From contig JAUCBJ010004437.1 of the NCBI GenBank assembly GCA_032718475.1, positions 1 through 64,000 on the forward strand: DNA of 64,000 nucleotides, written 5' to 3'. This document shows, piece after piece, positions 44,983 to 56,509 of the stretch. The first letter of the stretch is position 1. Every line of letters starts with the position of its first letter. The DNA comes from Nemertoderma westbladi. Taxonomy: Eukaryota > Animalia > Xenacoelomorpha. Under the pieces are notes generated by a model that worked only from the letters and a program-made list of their open reading frames with translations, was not told the DNA's origin and searched no databases. The position numbers and the translations under genes were made by a program.

Positions 44983-47900
44983 CTATCCGCAACAACTCCC
45001 CCCTCCCCTGGGTATATGTTATGTCCCTGCATGCTGTAGTCATACTGCTGTGCTGGTACCGATATAGGCCTATCAGCTTCTGGCCTACCCGCCGGTATGT
45101 ATTCCGCGACTTCCGGGTTTAATTCCGTCGTTCGCGCTATCCTATCGCCTATATAGCCTCTCTCAGTATGGCCTACGGTATGTGCAGTAAGGCCTATACT
45201 ATGTCCTACAGTCTGCATGTGTTGTTCGGGATCGAAGTTTATTCTTCTTGAATAATCCTCCCCGCGGCTACCGTAATCTCGTCCGGAAGGTACATTCCGT
45301 CGGAAAGTTTCTCTCCGACCCCCCTCTCTACTGTTCTCATCCTCGTACTGGCACATCGCGTACCCTTCTCTCGGCGTGCAATGCGCCTCGCCAGGTCGCA
45401 TCTCTCCGGGGCGACGGCAATCTCCCGGAGTCCGACCCCACTGACTCTCCGTTCTCATCTCGACTACCGACGGCTCGCTGTCCGTCCTCGCTCTTCTATC
45501 GTTTGCGGCGATACTTCTACTACTGTCTTCCTTTCTTCTCCTATCAGTGGAATATTCCCGCTCGCGAGATCTCTCGTCGACCTCCCGGTTAAACCCCACT
45601 GTTCTTCTTTCCTCCTCTGGTCGGGCTCGACGCTCCGTCCGCCCTCTCGCGACGTCAACCTGTCCTTCCCTGCCCGGTCGCACGTCGCTGGGGATACTCG
45701 TAATCCCCCTATTACTTTCCGTCACCGGTTGTTGCGGTTTACCTATTTCGGCCCTCGCATTATCCGCTGACGGCTGTGGGACACTCTCTGCCCCCCCCCC
45801 CCTTCTCGCCGCTAACTCTCTGTTGTGGGGCCCTCGTAGCCCCCCCCCCACTCGCTACATCTAACTTCGCTACCTCTTTCCCCGCTATTATATACCTCTC
45901 TAGTCGACACATCAACCCTACCACGGTCGGGTCTGTTCACCCCCGCCTCTCCCTCTGCTATTGCGTGGCCTACCAGGCCCTCTACTCCCTCCCTACCAAC
46001 CACGTGGCTTACCAGGCTCTCTGCTCCCTGTCTACTAACTACGTGGCCCACCAGGCCCTCTGCTCCCTGTCTACTAACTACGTGGCCTACCAGGCCCTCT
46101 GCTCCCTGTCTACTAACTACGTGGCCTACCAGGCCCTCTGCTCCCTGTCTACTAACTACGTGGCCTACCAGGCCCTCTGCTCCCTGGTTATGTAGGCCCG
46201 ACGTGTTTGCATTAATAGCACCTATATTAGAAACGGAATCAATTTGCTCGTTTGAAACAAAACCATTTGCATTATTCTGCGCGACTACGTTATTTGAGTT
46301 ATTTTGTAAATTCGGGCATGGGTCATTATTTAAATTATTCGAATTATTTTGCGTAATTGCGTTATTTAAATTATTTTGTAGGTCCGAGTTCGGATTATTA
46401 TTTTGATTATTTGAATTATTTTGCGTAACTACATCAACATTAGGATTATTTTCTACATTAGTATTGGGATTGTTCTGATTTAAATTTAAATTACTACCAC
46501 TAGGCAAAGTATTTCCTGCAATAAAGGTTTGATTAGTGTTATCCCATACGGTACTATTAATATCAACAACGTCTACAGTACCAATATTATTATTACCCCC
46601 CCCCCCCCCCCCCCGTTCGTACGGTTGCACCAGTCTTGAGTCTGTCGTGCGGTCCCTGTCAGTGGGGTATTAATAAATGTTTCTACGGCCCCCGGCTCCC
46701 TAAAAATACCCGAGCCGGCCCCGCTTTCAGACGGCGCTTTTCGCACGAGTTGCAACTCGTGCGCCCGTTTAATCTCATCTCCCGCAGACTCACTCTGTAG
46801 TCTCTCTATTTTCTTGTTTTCTCCCTCAGTCTCTGCCACTCTTCTCTCACGCTCCCGGGTGTCCCTAATGGCCGACTCTGCAGCACTCTTAATACTCTCC
46901 CTTCGTCTCACTTCGCGCTCCTTACGTTCCTTTTCCTCTCTCGCCTCACGCTCCTTGCGTTCCGCCTCACGCTCCTTGCGTTCCCTTTCCTCCCTTGCCT
47001 CACGCTCCTTGCGTTCCCCTTCCTCTCTCGCCTCACGCTCCTTGCGTTCCTTTTCCATTCTCGCCTCACGCTCCTTGCGTTCCGCCTCACGCTCCTTGCG
47101 TTCCGCCTCACGCTCCTTGCGTTCCCTTTCCTCCCTTGCCTCACGCTCCTTGCGCCCCCTTTCCTCTCTCGCCTCACGCTCCCTACACTCCCTTTCCTCT
47201 ATCTCATCATACTCCCTTAGGCTTTTCAAAGCCCTTTCGGCCCTCTCTCCTGTTTCTTTAAGCAATGCCGTTTCCCTCTCTAACCGCACTCTCCCTTCCT
47301 CTAGCCGTTCCTTCATTTCTCTATGATCTTTCGCTGCCATGCTGAGACGATATTCGGCACCTATCTCTCTCACCGCTCTTCCTTTCGCGGAGGATGTAAC
47401 AGACTTATCGGTTACGACGGATTTCCCCCGCCTTCCCGACCTACTGATTTCCCCCCGCTTCCCGGAGCTTTCTCCGACCGACGAGGCCGAATCCTCGGGG
47501 TTAACCTCGGATTCGCCCCCTTCGGGTTCCCTCCAGCCTACTGGTTTTACTCCCCGGGCATCGACCAAGTATGGCCCTATGTACACTGACGCTGCACTAG
47601 GTTCCATACTCCCACACTCCCATAGTTCAAACAGTTCCCCGGCAATCCCGTGTGCTCTCGTTTCGGCTAGTTCTCTTTGCCCAAAACGTATTAGGTAATT
47701 TATGTGTCTATCCGACTCACCTAGTCGCTTTCTCAGTCTCACCTCGTCTACCTTCGCCCCTTCCTTCTTGGCGTCCTTTATCATCCTTCGGGTCGCGTTG
47801 TAGGCCCGTCGAAGTCGCTCTGATACCCCGACGTCCTCGTCGCCGACCTCTCCTCCGGCCCTCCGGGTTCGACGTCGTACCGGCGGCTCCACCGTCGCCG

Positions 47901-48309
47901 TTCCGGTGGGCCGTCCGTCGCCCTCGGCCTGTTGCTGGCCGGCGACATCGGTACCAATCTCTCCTCCGTCTCTTCGCGTCCGGCGTCGTACCGTCGGCCC
48001 CACCGTCGCCGTTTCGGTGGGCCGCTCGTCGCCCTCGGCCGGTAGCTGGCCGGCGACATCGGCGCGCCGTTCTCCGTCTCGTGTCGACTCGTCTCTTTCT
48101 CCCTCGACCTCGTTCTCTCTATCCTCCGGCTCGAGTCCCTCTCCTCTCAACTCGGATTCTGATTCCAGACGGTCCCCCTCATCTTGGACTTCCGGGTCAC
48201 CCGTTACCGATGGCTCCGGCGTCGTGGGCCTATACCGCCTGGTCGCGGCCTCGCGGATCGTTTGATCTTCGTCCGGGGTCCGCGTCGGTGTCTCGCCCGA
48301 TTCACTCAT
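44920..48309 (-). CDS. Long low-complexity N-terminal extension of inner Gag, split into three frames at G homopolymers
   Basis: ORFs 46573-48309, 45812-46630 and 44871-45851 overlap one another and pol at poly-C (plus strand) runs near 46600, 45845 and 44925. Contains the VNPEDSASSVG motif typical of BEL-type gag N-termini and an E/R coiled coil. Confidence 0.7.
45965..46190. repeat. 39-bp coding tandem repeat, about 5-6 copies (SRQGAEGLVGHVV)
   Basis: CCAGGCCCTCTGCTCCCTGTCTACTAACTACGTGGCCTA repeated. Confidence 0.9.
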
Positions 48310-48388
48310 CTCGTTTGTGGCTGATGATTCGGCTAGCTAGGTTACAGTTCTTGATGTTCAACTAGGGCGGCAGCTCGGATTTAGTTAC

Positions 48389-48926
48389 TGTGACGGGATC
48401 CAGGAGGGATCCCGATTTATCCGATGTGGTATTTAGTCCACGCGTCCCCGCCGTGTATAAGAGTGAAATAAAGATAACTGAGTTCTGAAGTTCGGTGTAT
48501 AATAATAGGTTATAGGATATAGATATATTGTGAATTATACGGTAGGCGGGATACGGTAACTAAAGTCCCATGATCCCCTAACTAAACTAATTGGCTGTAC
48601 CCTACGCTAGCACTGCTGCACTGAGATAACTGAATCACTGATTAATAGGTTATTGGTTATATTGCACGGTGGCCTTACTGCTACTCAATCGATGCCATTC
48701 CCCCCTCTGATTGGTTAATACCCTTGTTGGCGCCCCGTGGAGTATTCCCGTTCACTCCACCTATTTCCTCTGGGTTAGGGGTTTGGCCCCTGACCCTCTA
48801 TTGTGTGCTTCCTTCCCACTCTTATTGGGATGGCACGAGTTGGTTAATTGCCCAATCTCGTGGCTCCCAATATTGCTTATCGGCTTATAACTTTATGGGG
48901 TGTTGGCGGGATTGAATAAGCTAACA
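48389..48926 (-). repeat. 5' LTR of the inner element
   Basis: Direct repeat of 34501-35038. The gag ATG is only about 80 nt downstream, at 48309. Confidence 0.97.
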
Positions 48927-50306
48927 TCGTCGTTGTTGTTCCATCATATATAACACTTTCTTATCCCAGCGTGTACCTACTCCACCCTTCGGTAAAGTAG
49001 AAGCCACTGCTCTAATAACCATAGCATTCTGATACTCATGAGACTTACCTAGCCAATCTAATTGTCTGCAGATCTCCTGAATTTCATCGGAAAACTCTAT
49101 AATTCCGCTGCTAATAAACTTTCGGGGCGCTACCAACTTTGCATACAAATACCCAGCTATGTTATTCCTATTACCATACCTGATGTTTCGTGTATCCCAA
49201 ACTTGTCTTAATCCGTCTGGATGTCCAATAAACTTTAACGCCATTAACTTGGGAGATCCTTCCAAGCACTCGATGAGGAATCTAAGTTTCTCTCCATTAG
49301 ATAGCACAGAGTTCTGTATGTTATCTTTGTAATATTCATTAAAAGGTAACCATTTCATCTCATCTCCATTGAACTTGACGATCTCTCCCACCTTTACCGC
49401 TTGCCGGGCTTCGGTTCTAGCCATTTGACGCGTAAAACTTTCTTGGGCCATCGTGTTGTTTAATATCGAGTTATCGGTATATAAATTTCTCGGATTATGA
49501 TCCGGTCTATAGGGAATATCATTATCAACAGGTCTATAATTACCCTTAATAGGGTTCACTATAGGAGTTTCTACTTCGCTAGCAGTATAGATGCGTGTAG
49601 GCTCCACACCTTGCGCATGAGATACTTCAGACCTAACAGGTTGACACATTGTTACAGGGGGTGGTGGTATACCGTTTTGTGTATTTACTAATTTATCGCG
49701 TTCTAGCGCGATACTTTGCTGCACTTCTTGCAACTCTAGCCTACTTTCCCTTACTGTGCCCTTGAATTGCTGAACGGTCTCCTGCATCTGTCCGAGCAGG
49801 AGATCCATCCCCCGTCGTCTCTCATCCACCCATTCGACCACCGAAGCGGGATTCGCCAACGTTGTAGCGGGCGGACAAGGGACAACGGGCGACAAATCAT
49901 GAATATTTCGCTCAGAGTCCAGGGCATGAACTGTCTCATGGGCTGTTCTGCTGGGCACAGGTAGCTTGGTACTGTGCAAAGGGAATTTAGAGGTAGGTTC
50001 AGGGAGTACAGGTGTCTCTACCACCGAAAGGGTGGCTTCGGGAACAGGCCTAATTATTTCAGGCTCATCTACTATAGTAGGGAGTCTCTCTATTGTAATT
50101 ATTTGGTCTGTGGGTTCTGTACTACCTAAGTTGGTGTTATTTAGTTGCCTTCTAACAGCTGGAGGCAAATCAGGCAATTTCTGACGGTGGGATGTTCTTT
50201 TACGTCTGCTTAGGTGAGATCTATTTCCTTTGCCTTCAGTATCGGTGGTATTGCCTTCCTCAGATGATGTATATCCCTGTCTTTTGGGAGTAGATCGATT
50301 CATCAT
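48927..50306 (-). CDS. Outer element Gag, middle part, interrupted by the inner element
   Basis: IVKFNGDEMKWLPF..KLRFLIECLEG..YGN BEL gag core. Removing the insert and one TSD gives in-frame EQQRRDPTMADLMSF into 34495. Confidence 0.9.
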
Positions 50307-51782
50307 CTACATATTACTAGCTGTTAACTGTTTATTTATGCAGTCTTGATTCTCCTGAATATTTTCCAATTCTAATTGGGCAATCTCTTCAGCCGCTATC
50401 CGCTCCGCTTCTGCCGCTGCTCTTGCCGCTTTTCTTTCCATTTCGGCTGCTTTTCTTTTCGCTTCTGCCTCTGCCGCTGCCGCTTTTCTTTTCGCTTCTG
50501 CCTCTGCCGCTGCCGCTTTTCTTTCCATTTCGGCTGCTTTACTTTCCTCTTCGGCTGCTTTCCTTTCGGCTTCTGCAGCTGCTACTGCTGCGTTCTTTCT
50601 GTCTTCTATGCGTTTTTTCTTCACCCTTTCTTCTTGGTCTCTAGCGATGCAGAGTTGTTCATCGAATTTAGCTTGGTTCGCCGCTAACCTATCCACGCCG
50701 ATGGCGTCAAGCACACGCTGTGCTCCTTCACTATTAGGGCTAAGTCCATTTAGCCTTCTCCTCAACTCTTCATCTCCCAAAAAACGCTGATAGTCTGACA
50801 GATAGATGTCAATGGCATCCCTCTTATGCGGTTTCTCTGCCGTCGCTTCACTTTCCACTTGGGAAAAAGTAGCGTCTGTTGATTCTCCATGGGTTGAGCG
50901 CTCCTCCAGCTGAGCTTTCCACTGAGCTGTTCCTTGAACCTGGAGACTCACCCGTTGAAACCAAGTCTTTACGGCAACTTGCAACGACGTGTCTTGTCTT
51001 CTTTTAGAAGCCTCTTCAAAGGCTGATAATATTAGCCTGATTCGCAGAATTCTTTCTCTAACTTGATAAAGCAGTTGTCCCTGCTCTTGAGGTCCTTGAG
51101 GTTGTTGAAATAGTTGTTCTTTTACTCGCTCCATAGAGCTGAAGAATCCCTGTGCGTATCCGGCTGCGGACCTCTTCCACATAGCTGGATCGATGGTTTC
51201 CTTGGCTACTCCCATCCGGTGTATGTCTTCCCAGGCAGCTTCTGATAAATCAAACGGGAGTCCGGGTCCGGGGAAGTTCCATTGCGACTCGACCATAGAC
51301 TTCAGTTCTTCCCTTGTGTATCCCTCATAACTATCTTTAGTTGATCGCTTACTTCTCGCCCAATCGATCTGGTGTTCTTCCACCGCGATCAATAACCTAG
51401 TGAGTACGGCTGCAGGAAGGATGAGAAGGGGATCCGAATAAACCGCATCCGTCATCCTTGCTCTGCGCTCGGGTGTCAGCTCTACAGTATCTTCACTACT
51501 GGAGCTGTCGGGCCGCTGAGAAATAAGTTCTTGACTCGCGGGTTGTTGCTGTTCCGCTGCTTCTTGGTCCCGCTTGACCTGAGCTCGAGTGCCTATGATA
51601 GACCTATGATGTTGGACCAGCCTAGGTTCTGTTATTACTACTGGAGGGATGACCTTCCTCACAGTGGGAGGTGAACTGAACTTAGGACTAGACGGTTCTA
51701 CACCTCTATCTGAGTCGCAGATAGTTACATCTAATAAACTGTCTGACAGGTTCTGCTTAGTATCAGACATGTTGGTTTGCAC
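50307..51782 (-). CDS. Outer element Gag N-terminal part with Ala/Glu/Lys coiled coil
   Basis: 491-aa ORF in the same frame as the next ORF, separated from it by a single TAG. Confidence 0.75.
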   Translation of the reverse strand: MQTNMSDTKQNLSDSLLDVTICDSDRGVEPSSPKFSSPPTVRKVIPPVVITEPRLVQHHRSIIGTRAQVKRDQEAAEQQQPASQELISQRPDSSSSEDTVELTPERRARMTDAVYSDPLLILPAAVLTRLLIAVEEHQIDWARSKRSTKDSYEGYTREELKSMVESQWNFPGPGLPFDLSEAAWEDIHRMGVAKETIDPAMWKRSAAGYAQGFFSSMERVKEQLFQQPQGPQEQGQLLYQVRERILRIRLILSAFEEASKRRQDTSLQVAVKTWFQRVSLQVQGTAQWKAQLEERSTHGESTDATFSQVESEATAEKPHKRDAIDIYLSDYQRFLGDEELRRRLNGLSPNSEGAQRVLDAIGVDRLAANQAKFDEQLCIARDQEERVKKKRIEDRKNAAVAAAEAERKAAEEESKAAEMERKAAAAEAEAKRKAAAAEAEAKRKAAEMERKAARAAAEAERIAAEEIAQLELENIQENQDCINKQLTASNM

Positions 51783-53104
51783 AGTTGAATGCCTACTGCT
51801 ATATTACAGTCTAAGCAAGTCTAGTAATTCAGAATTAACTGCTAGCCTAGTAATTAATTACCGATACTGCTACTCAGTGTAGCGTGATATATATATAATG
51901 TTAGAATACCGGTATGCTTATGGTATATATAAGTATTATTACAGACTAGGTTTTTTACAGAATACCGGTATATAATTTTAGCACAAATATATATAAATAT
52001 ATATAATAGGCCTATCGTGGATACCGGTATGCAGTTTACACTTATATAAGTATAATTATTAACTAAAATTAATTACAGAATACCGGTATGATTTCAGCTT
52101 AAGTTTATGAAAATAAAGATAATAAGCCTATTGTAAATACCGGTATATCAATTATTTTAAATAATTGAATTTCTGAATTTTAAGGGTTACTTGGTTACTT
52201 TAACTTACTTTATTACCGTTATTTAAGCAGTAGTCCAACTGATATTGAGACCTAATTGTTATATGGCAGGCCTACTATTTATAAATCGTTTGAGTTGATT
52301 TATAATATATATATACCCGTTTAATGGGTTTTGTCAATGTTTGAAATAAATGTTATTATTTCTGGGGGAGTCACTACACATAAGCTGTGCGCTCTCAGTG
52401 GAGTGCTACTTGTTAGACACTAAAACAAATAATTCTAATTTACCTAAGTTACTTAATACTACAAATTACGTACAATTCGGGTTGAGATTACAATCTCTAA
52501 ATAAACACAAAAAATTTAATTACAAATACACAAATACAAATTTTTAGGGTAATTTTACAAGAAGTCTACTAACCAGCCTAACAAAGGGTTAGAATATCTG
52601 GTTATTACAACGGACAGGTTACTACGGTATTTGAAAATAATAAGTAGTAGTAAATATACTGCGTTGTCCAGATAGGAAAATACCACCGCCTGACGACCTA
52701 TAACCGTATCGCTATAGGTACTACGTTATGTATCACGGAGTGTCCCTACCTAGAAGTTAATTACTGCGGTCTACCAGAACCAACGTGCCTATTAACCACT
52801 TTACAACACAAATACACTGCCTACACACTAATTGCTTTCGGAAAGCACTGTACACTAAACCCTAAATTAGGTACAAGTACTTGTATGACAAATAATTAGT
52901 AGTTAAAAATACTTGAACAGCTAAAAGAACCACGGTATCTGCCGGAGTGACCAAAGCACAAAATCTCCAGTCTTTACCTACGCCGAGCAGCCCTGATGTA
53001 GTACCGGGGTTAGTTTAACTATAACGGTATGTATAACAAACACAATTACTGTAGGAATAAACTTGGGGATATGAATGTTGCGAATAATCGCATAAACTCT
53101 GAAT

Positions 53105-53680
53105 AATAAATATTACACTACGCGTACAGACTATTCAAACAAAATGCAGACCAAATACTGACAGACTACTATCAAGCCTAAACAAACTACGGTATATGCA
53201 GACTCCGAAATGGTTAAGTAGTATGCGTTCTAACCCAGTAGTACGACTTATTCTTTAGATGGGGATTTACCTTACAGCTATGGCTGCCCCTACTTCCTAA
53301 CCGTTCTTTATTGGACAGATGATCTACACACACCGAAATTTCCTCAAACCCAACAGCAGCCAGACAACTATCCAGCCTACAAATTATCTAAATAAAATTA
53401 TACGCTACCCGTACAGACTACACAAACAAAGTACAGACCAAATGCTGGCGGACTCCTATCAAGTCTAAATAAACCACAGGACATGCAGACTCCGAAATGG
53501 TTAAGTAGTATGCGTTCTAACCCAGTAGTACGACTTATTCTTTAGATGGGGGTTTACCTTACAGCTATGGCTGCCCCTACTTCCTAACCGTTCTTTATCG
53601 GACATACACTCTACATGTACTGCAATCCGTTCAGACCTAATCAACAGTTAGCCAACAGTCAAGCCTACAAATTATCTGTA
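53105..53680. repeat. About 287-bp direct duplication in the outer element 5' leader
   Basis: GACTCCGAAATGGTTAAGTAGTATGCGTTCTAACCCAG... at 53201 and 53488. Confidence 0.9.
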
Positions 53681-53958
53681 CAATCTGAGCAGGCTTACAC
53701 GCCTTCTGCTCAATACTGGCCTATAAATAAATAAAACTGACAGAAATAAGTAAGCTCCAAAAGAAACAAGGGGTGTACAGTCCCTAATCTCTTAAACAGC
53801 CTACCGGTATACAATACCACAATCGAATAATACTGCTGTACTTGTACTGTAAGTAAGTACCGGTCCGGATGATCAGGCAGTCAGGCCTACTGGTTACCGG
53901 TCGACCGGTACTTTCGACTAGATTGCTTACACCGCAATCCAGAAGCAATATCTGTTAT

Positions 53959-55105
53959 TGTTTGCGCTTTTAAGACCTTTGACAGTTTAACCTGCCAAAT
54001 TAGGATGTCTTTTAGATGATATATAGTCTTTAGCCTATGACGAGTATTTAGCCATTAGTCATTAGCCGAAGCCAGTCTATGCGCAATCATTCACCCGCTG
54101 GATATACCCGGGAGACTGAATTCGGAAGCTTAATGATTGATGGTGTAAGCCTACTGTATTATTCGACTGATCGTAATATATAATCTCTGACAAATATTAT
54201 TCACTTTCGGGAAATATTAACAGTTCCTTTAGGACGTGGCGCTCTAAATATGTAAACAGAGTTATGACTTAAACTAGACACAACGAAAAGGCTATAGATT
54301 CACGTATATGGCGCATTCTTTAGGAGATACTTTGTTATCAGTTACACTCATACACAATGCTGCACAATACTGCACACTAATCTGCCGACCTTCACTAAAT
54401 TTGGTCACGTATAAAGAGAGCAACATACAATTTATGTCGGGCATATGAAATAGCATTAGATTCACTTCAAACCACTTAACATAGGTCGCAATCGTTTATC
54501 TGTAACCGGTCTCTCTAACCTTTAGTATATCAAGAAGATTGGGATGTCGGACTATTGATCAGTATTCCAAATATAATCTTCCATCAACAAATATAATGAA
54601 TAACCGACAGTAAAAGCAGTAATATTAGTAATTTATGGATAGTGAGTGAGTAAGTGAGTAGATAACAGATATACGTTCTATAATTAAGCCTACTAATGTA
54701 AGAATAAAGACTGAAACACGGAGGTGCCAAAAGCCGGTGTTCTTAGGCTCTGGGCAAAAACATAACACTGAACTACTGAGTTTCTGTATCCACCTCCAAC
54801 ACAGAGACAAAAAACGCTCTGATTGGTCAACCGAACAACAAGAGAACAAAGAAACAAAGAAATGTCGACGTGGCAATATCAGCTGTTAGCCGTCATCATG
54901 GTAGCGACACTGTTTTCAAGAGTATCTAGCTTATCGCGTCACGAGATTGCGGATTATGTCCTCTAAAGTACAAATACAGAAGAAATGACTTTTATGTCCT
55001 CTAAAACACCAGTGCAGTAAGGACACGGCCCTTTTATGCCTGGTAAACCAACCACAGAGTACTTTACGGGGAAAATAACCGGCTAATTACGCAAAAGCTT
55101 TTACA
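53959..55105 (-). repeat. 5' LTR of the outer element
   Basis: TGTTTGCGC...GCTTTTACA, followed by TSD TGTAG. Confidence 0.96.
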
Positions 55106-55790
55106 TGTAGGCTATGAATAAAGAAAATGTTTTTTTATTTTTGTACCTAATCCAAGCTTCTTGTTCCTTAATCCTTATTTTGGATTTGACGATTCCATTT
55201 ATCCACTTAGGTTTACTGCCTGACTTAGTTGGAATGTTACGTTTACATGTGGAAACCAGCTCTTTGTGAAATAGGTCCCATAATGAATGTATGTCTAACT
55301 GCTCTAAGATGAAAGCCCAATGTGGGTGTGTTGATCATGAACTCGTCATTGGTCAGGATTAAATCTAACAGACTAGGGGCACAGCCATTACGATACAGAG
55401 TGGGTTTATCAACATGTTGGAAGAGAAAGTTGTCCTGAATGCAAGATATGATATTGGTTTCAAAATTCTCATTTGAGGAAAGTGTAGTTCAACATGTATT
55501 AGGCATGTTGAAGTCTCACAATAAGAACATATCTTTCTTTGTTGGCGACACAAGCATTGTCAAGCAACTCGCATATGCCCTGTGTATTAGATTCTGGATT
55601 TGATGGACTGCGGTAGATGCATCCCATTACAAGGGAGTCTTTTAGGTTGCTGCTGTAAATCCTTGTCCATAATGATTCAAGTAGGCTGGTAGGTTGTTGT
55701 GTAGAGTTTCTAATGAAGGGAACTTTGTAGTCAGTTGCAATGCAACACACCATCCTTGACGACATAAATTATGATCCCACGATAACATTG
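55106..55790 (-). pseudogene. CR1-type LINE ORF2 remnant (endonuclease and linker region)
   Basis: Translates to LESLW...VMGCIYRSPS and LWDLFHKELVSTCKRNIP...KPKWIN. Confidence 0.7.
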
Positions 55791-55896
55791 TTTAATTTGA
55801 AAGTTAGTCTGAGTAGAATACCCAGCCCAAACAGCCAGTAATTATTTTCGGATATACAGTAGAAAGTGTTATGTATTTGGGTAAAACTAACACCTC

Positions 55897-55940
<44 letters not shown>

Positions 55941-56074
55941 AATTATATCAGGATTGCTATCTCAAACTGAGACCTGAAGTTCAGAGAGTTTATTGAGTAG
56001 GTTGTCTGCATTAGTGTACACGATCCTCAGATTATGATTATCCGTAATAGATATTTGAAATGCCCCAGAGTGGT

Positions 56075-56270
56075 AAAACGAACTCAGATCCTGCGGGCCT
56101 GACTTTGATGAACTTAGATCTTTGTGAACTTAGGTCCTATATAGGTCCTAACTATAGATCCTAACTGGGTGAACGTAGATCCTAACTGGGTGAACTTAGA
56201 TCCTAACAAGGTGAACTTAGATCCTAACAAGAGAAGATTAGAGAAGAAAGCTAAGATAACTTAGATCCCA
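56075..56270. repeat. About 21-bp degenerate tandem repeat (GTGAACTTAGATCCTAAC..), with inverted copies at 56466, 56941 and 60020-60170
   Basis: Directly visible. Probably the subterminal arrays of an older foldback element. Confidence 0.65.
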
Positions 56271-56509
56271 CGTGTACTGTGCGTTGGCCACGTTCTATCG
56301 ATACTATATAATATATTTGTACTGTGTTACATTAAGCATATAAAAGTACTTATAATGATCTAATGCAAATAAGTCATACACTCAAAGTAGATGCGATCAG
56401 TGACTCCCCAACAAACTATAATTTGCCCATTAATAGCTAATTTGTTGCAATGTATTATGATGGTAGGATCTAAGTTCGTTTCCCATCAAGTTGATAATAT
56501 TTACAGTAC

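Larger units (their letters stand above)
34501..48926 (-). mobile_element. Inner nested BEL/Pao LTR retrotransposon (14.4 kb), very recent
   Basis: 538-bp LTRs at 34501-35038 and 48389-48926, with one substitution seen. TSD TCGTC at 34496-34500 and 48927-48931. G-rich PPT at 35039-35047. Confidence 0.97.
24804..55105 (-). mobile_element. Outer BEL/Pao LTR retrotransposon (about 15.9 kb once the nested insert is removed)
   Basis: LTRs at 24804-25955 and 53959-55105 with TG...CA ends. TSD TGTAG at 24799-24803 and 55106-55110. Gag-PR-RT-RH-IN order with BEL-type motifs. Confidence 0.96.

Noticed and set aside
39720-48365. Many plus-strand ORFs overlapping gag-pol
   Set aside because: Antisense shadows of GC-rich or repetitive coding sequence, with no recognisable motifs.
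53925-53945. TGG (TGGATTGCGG) downstream of the outer 5' LTR as a tRNA PBS
   Set aside because: It lies about 17 nt from the LTR end, too far for a canonical PBS, and I recognise no tRNA 3' end in it. It should still be checked computationally.
55900-55936. 37-nt poly(A) as a retrocopy tail
   Set aside because: No TSD or recognisable upstream retroposed body.
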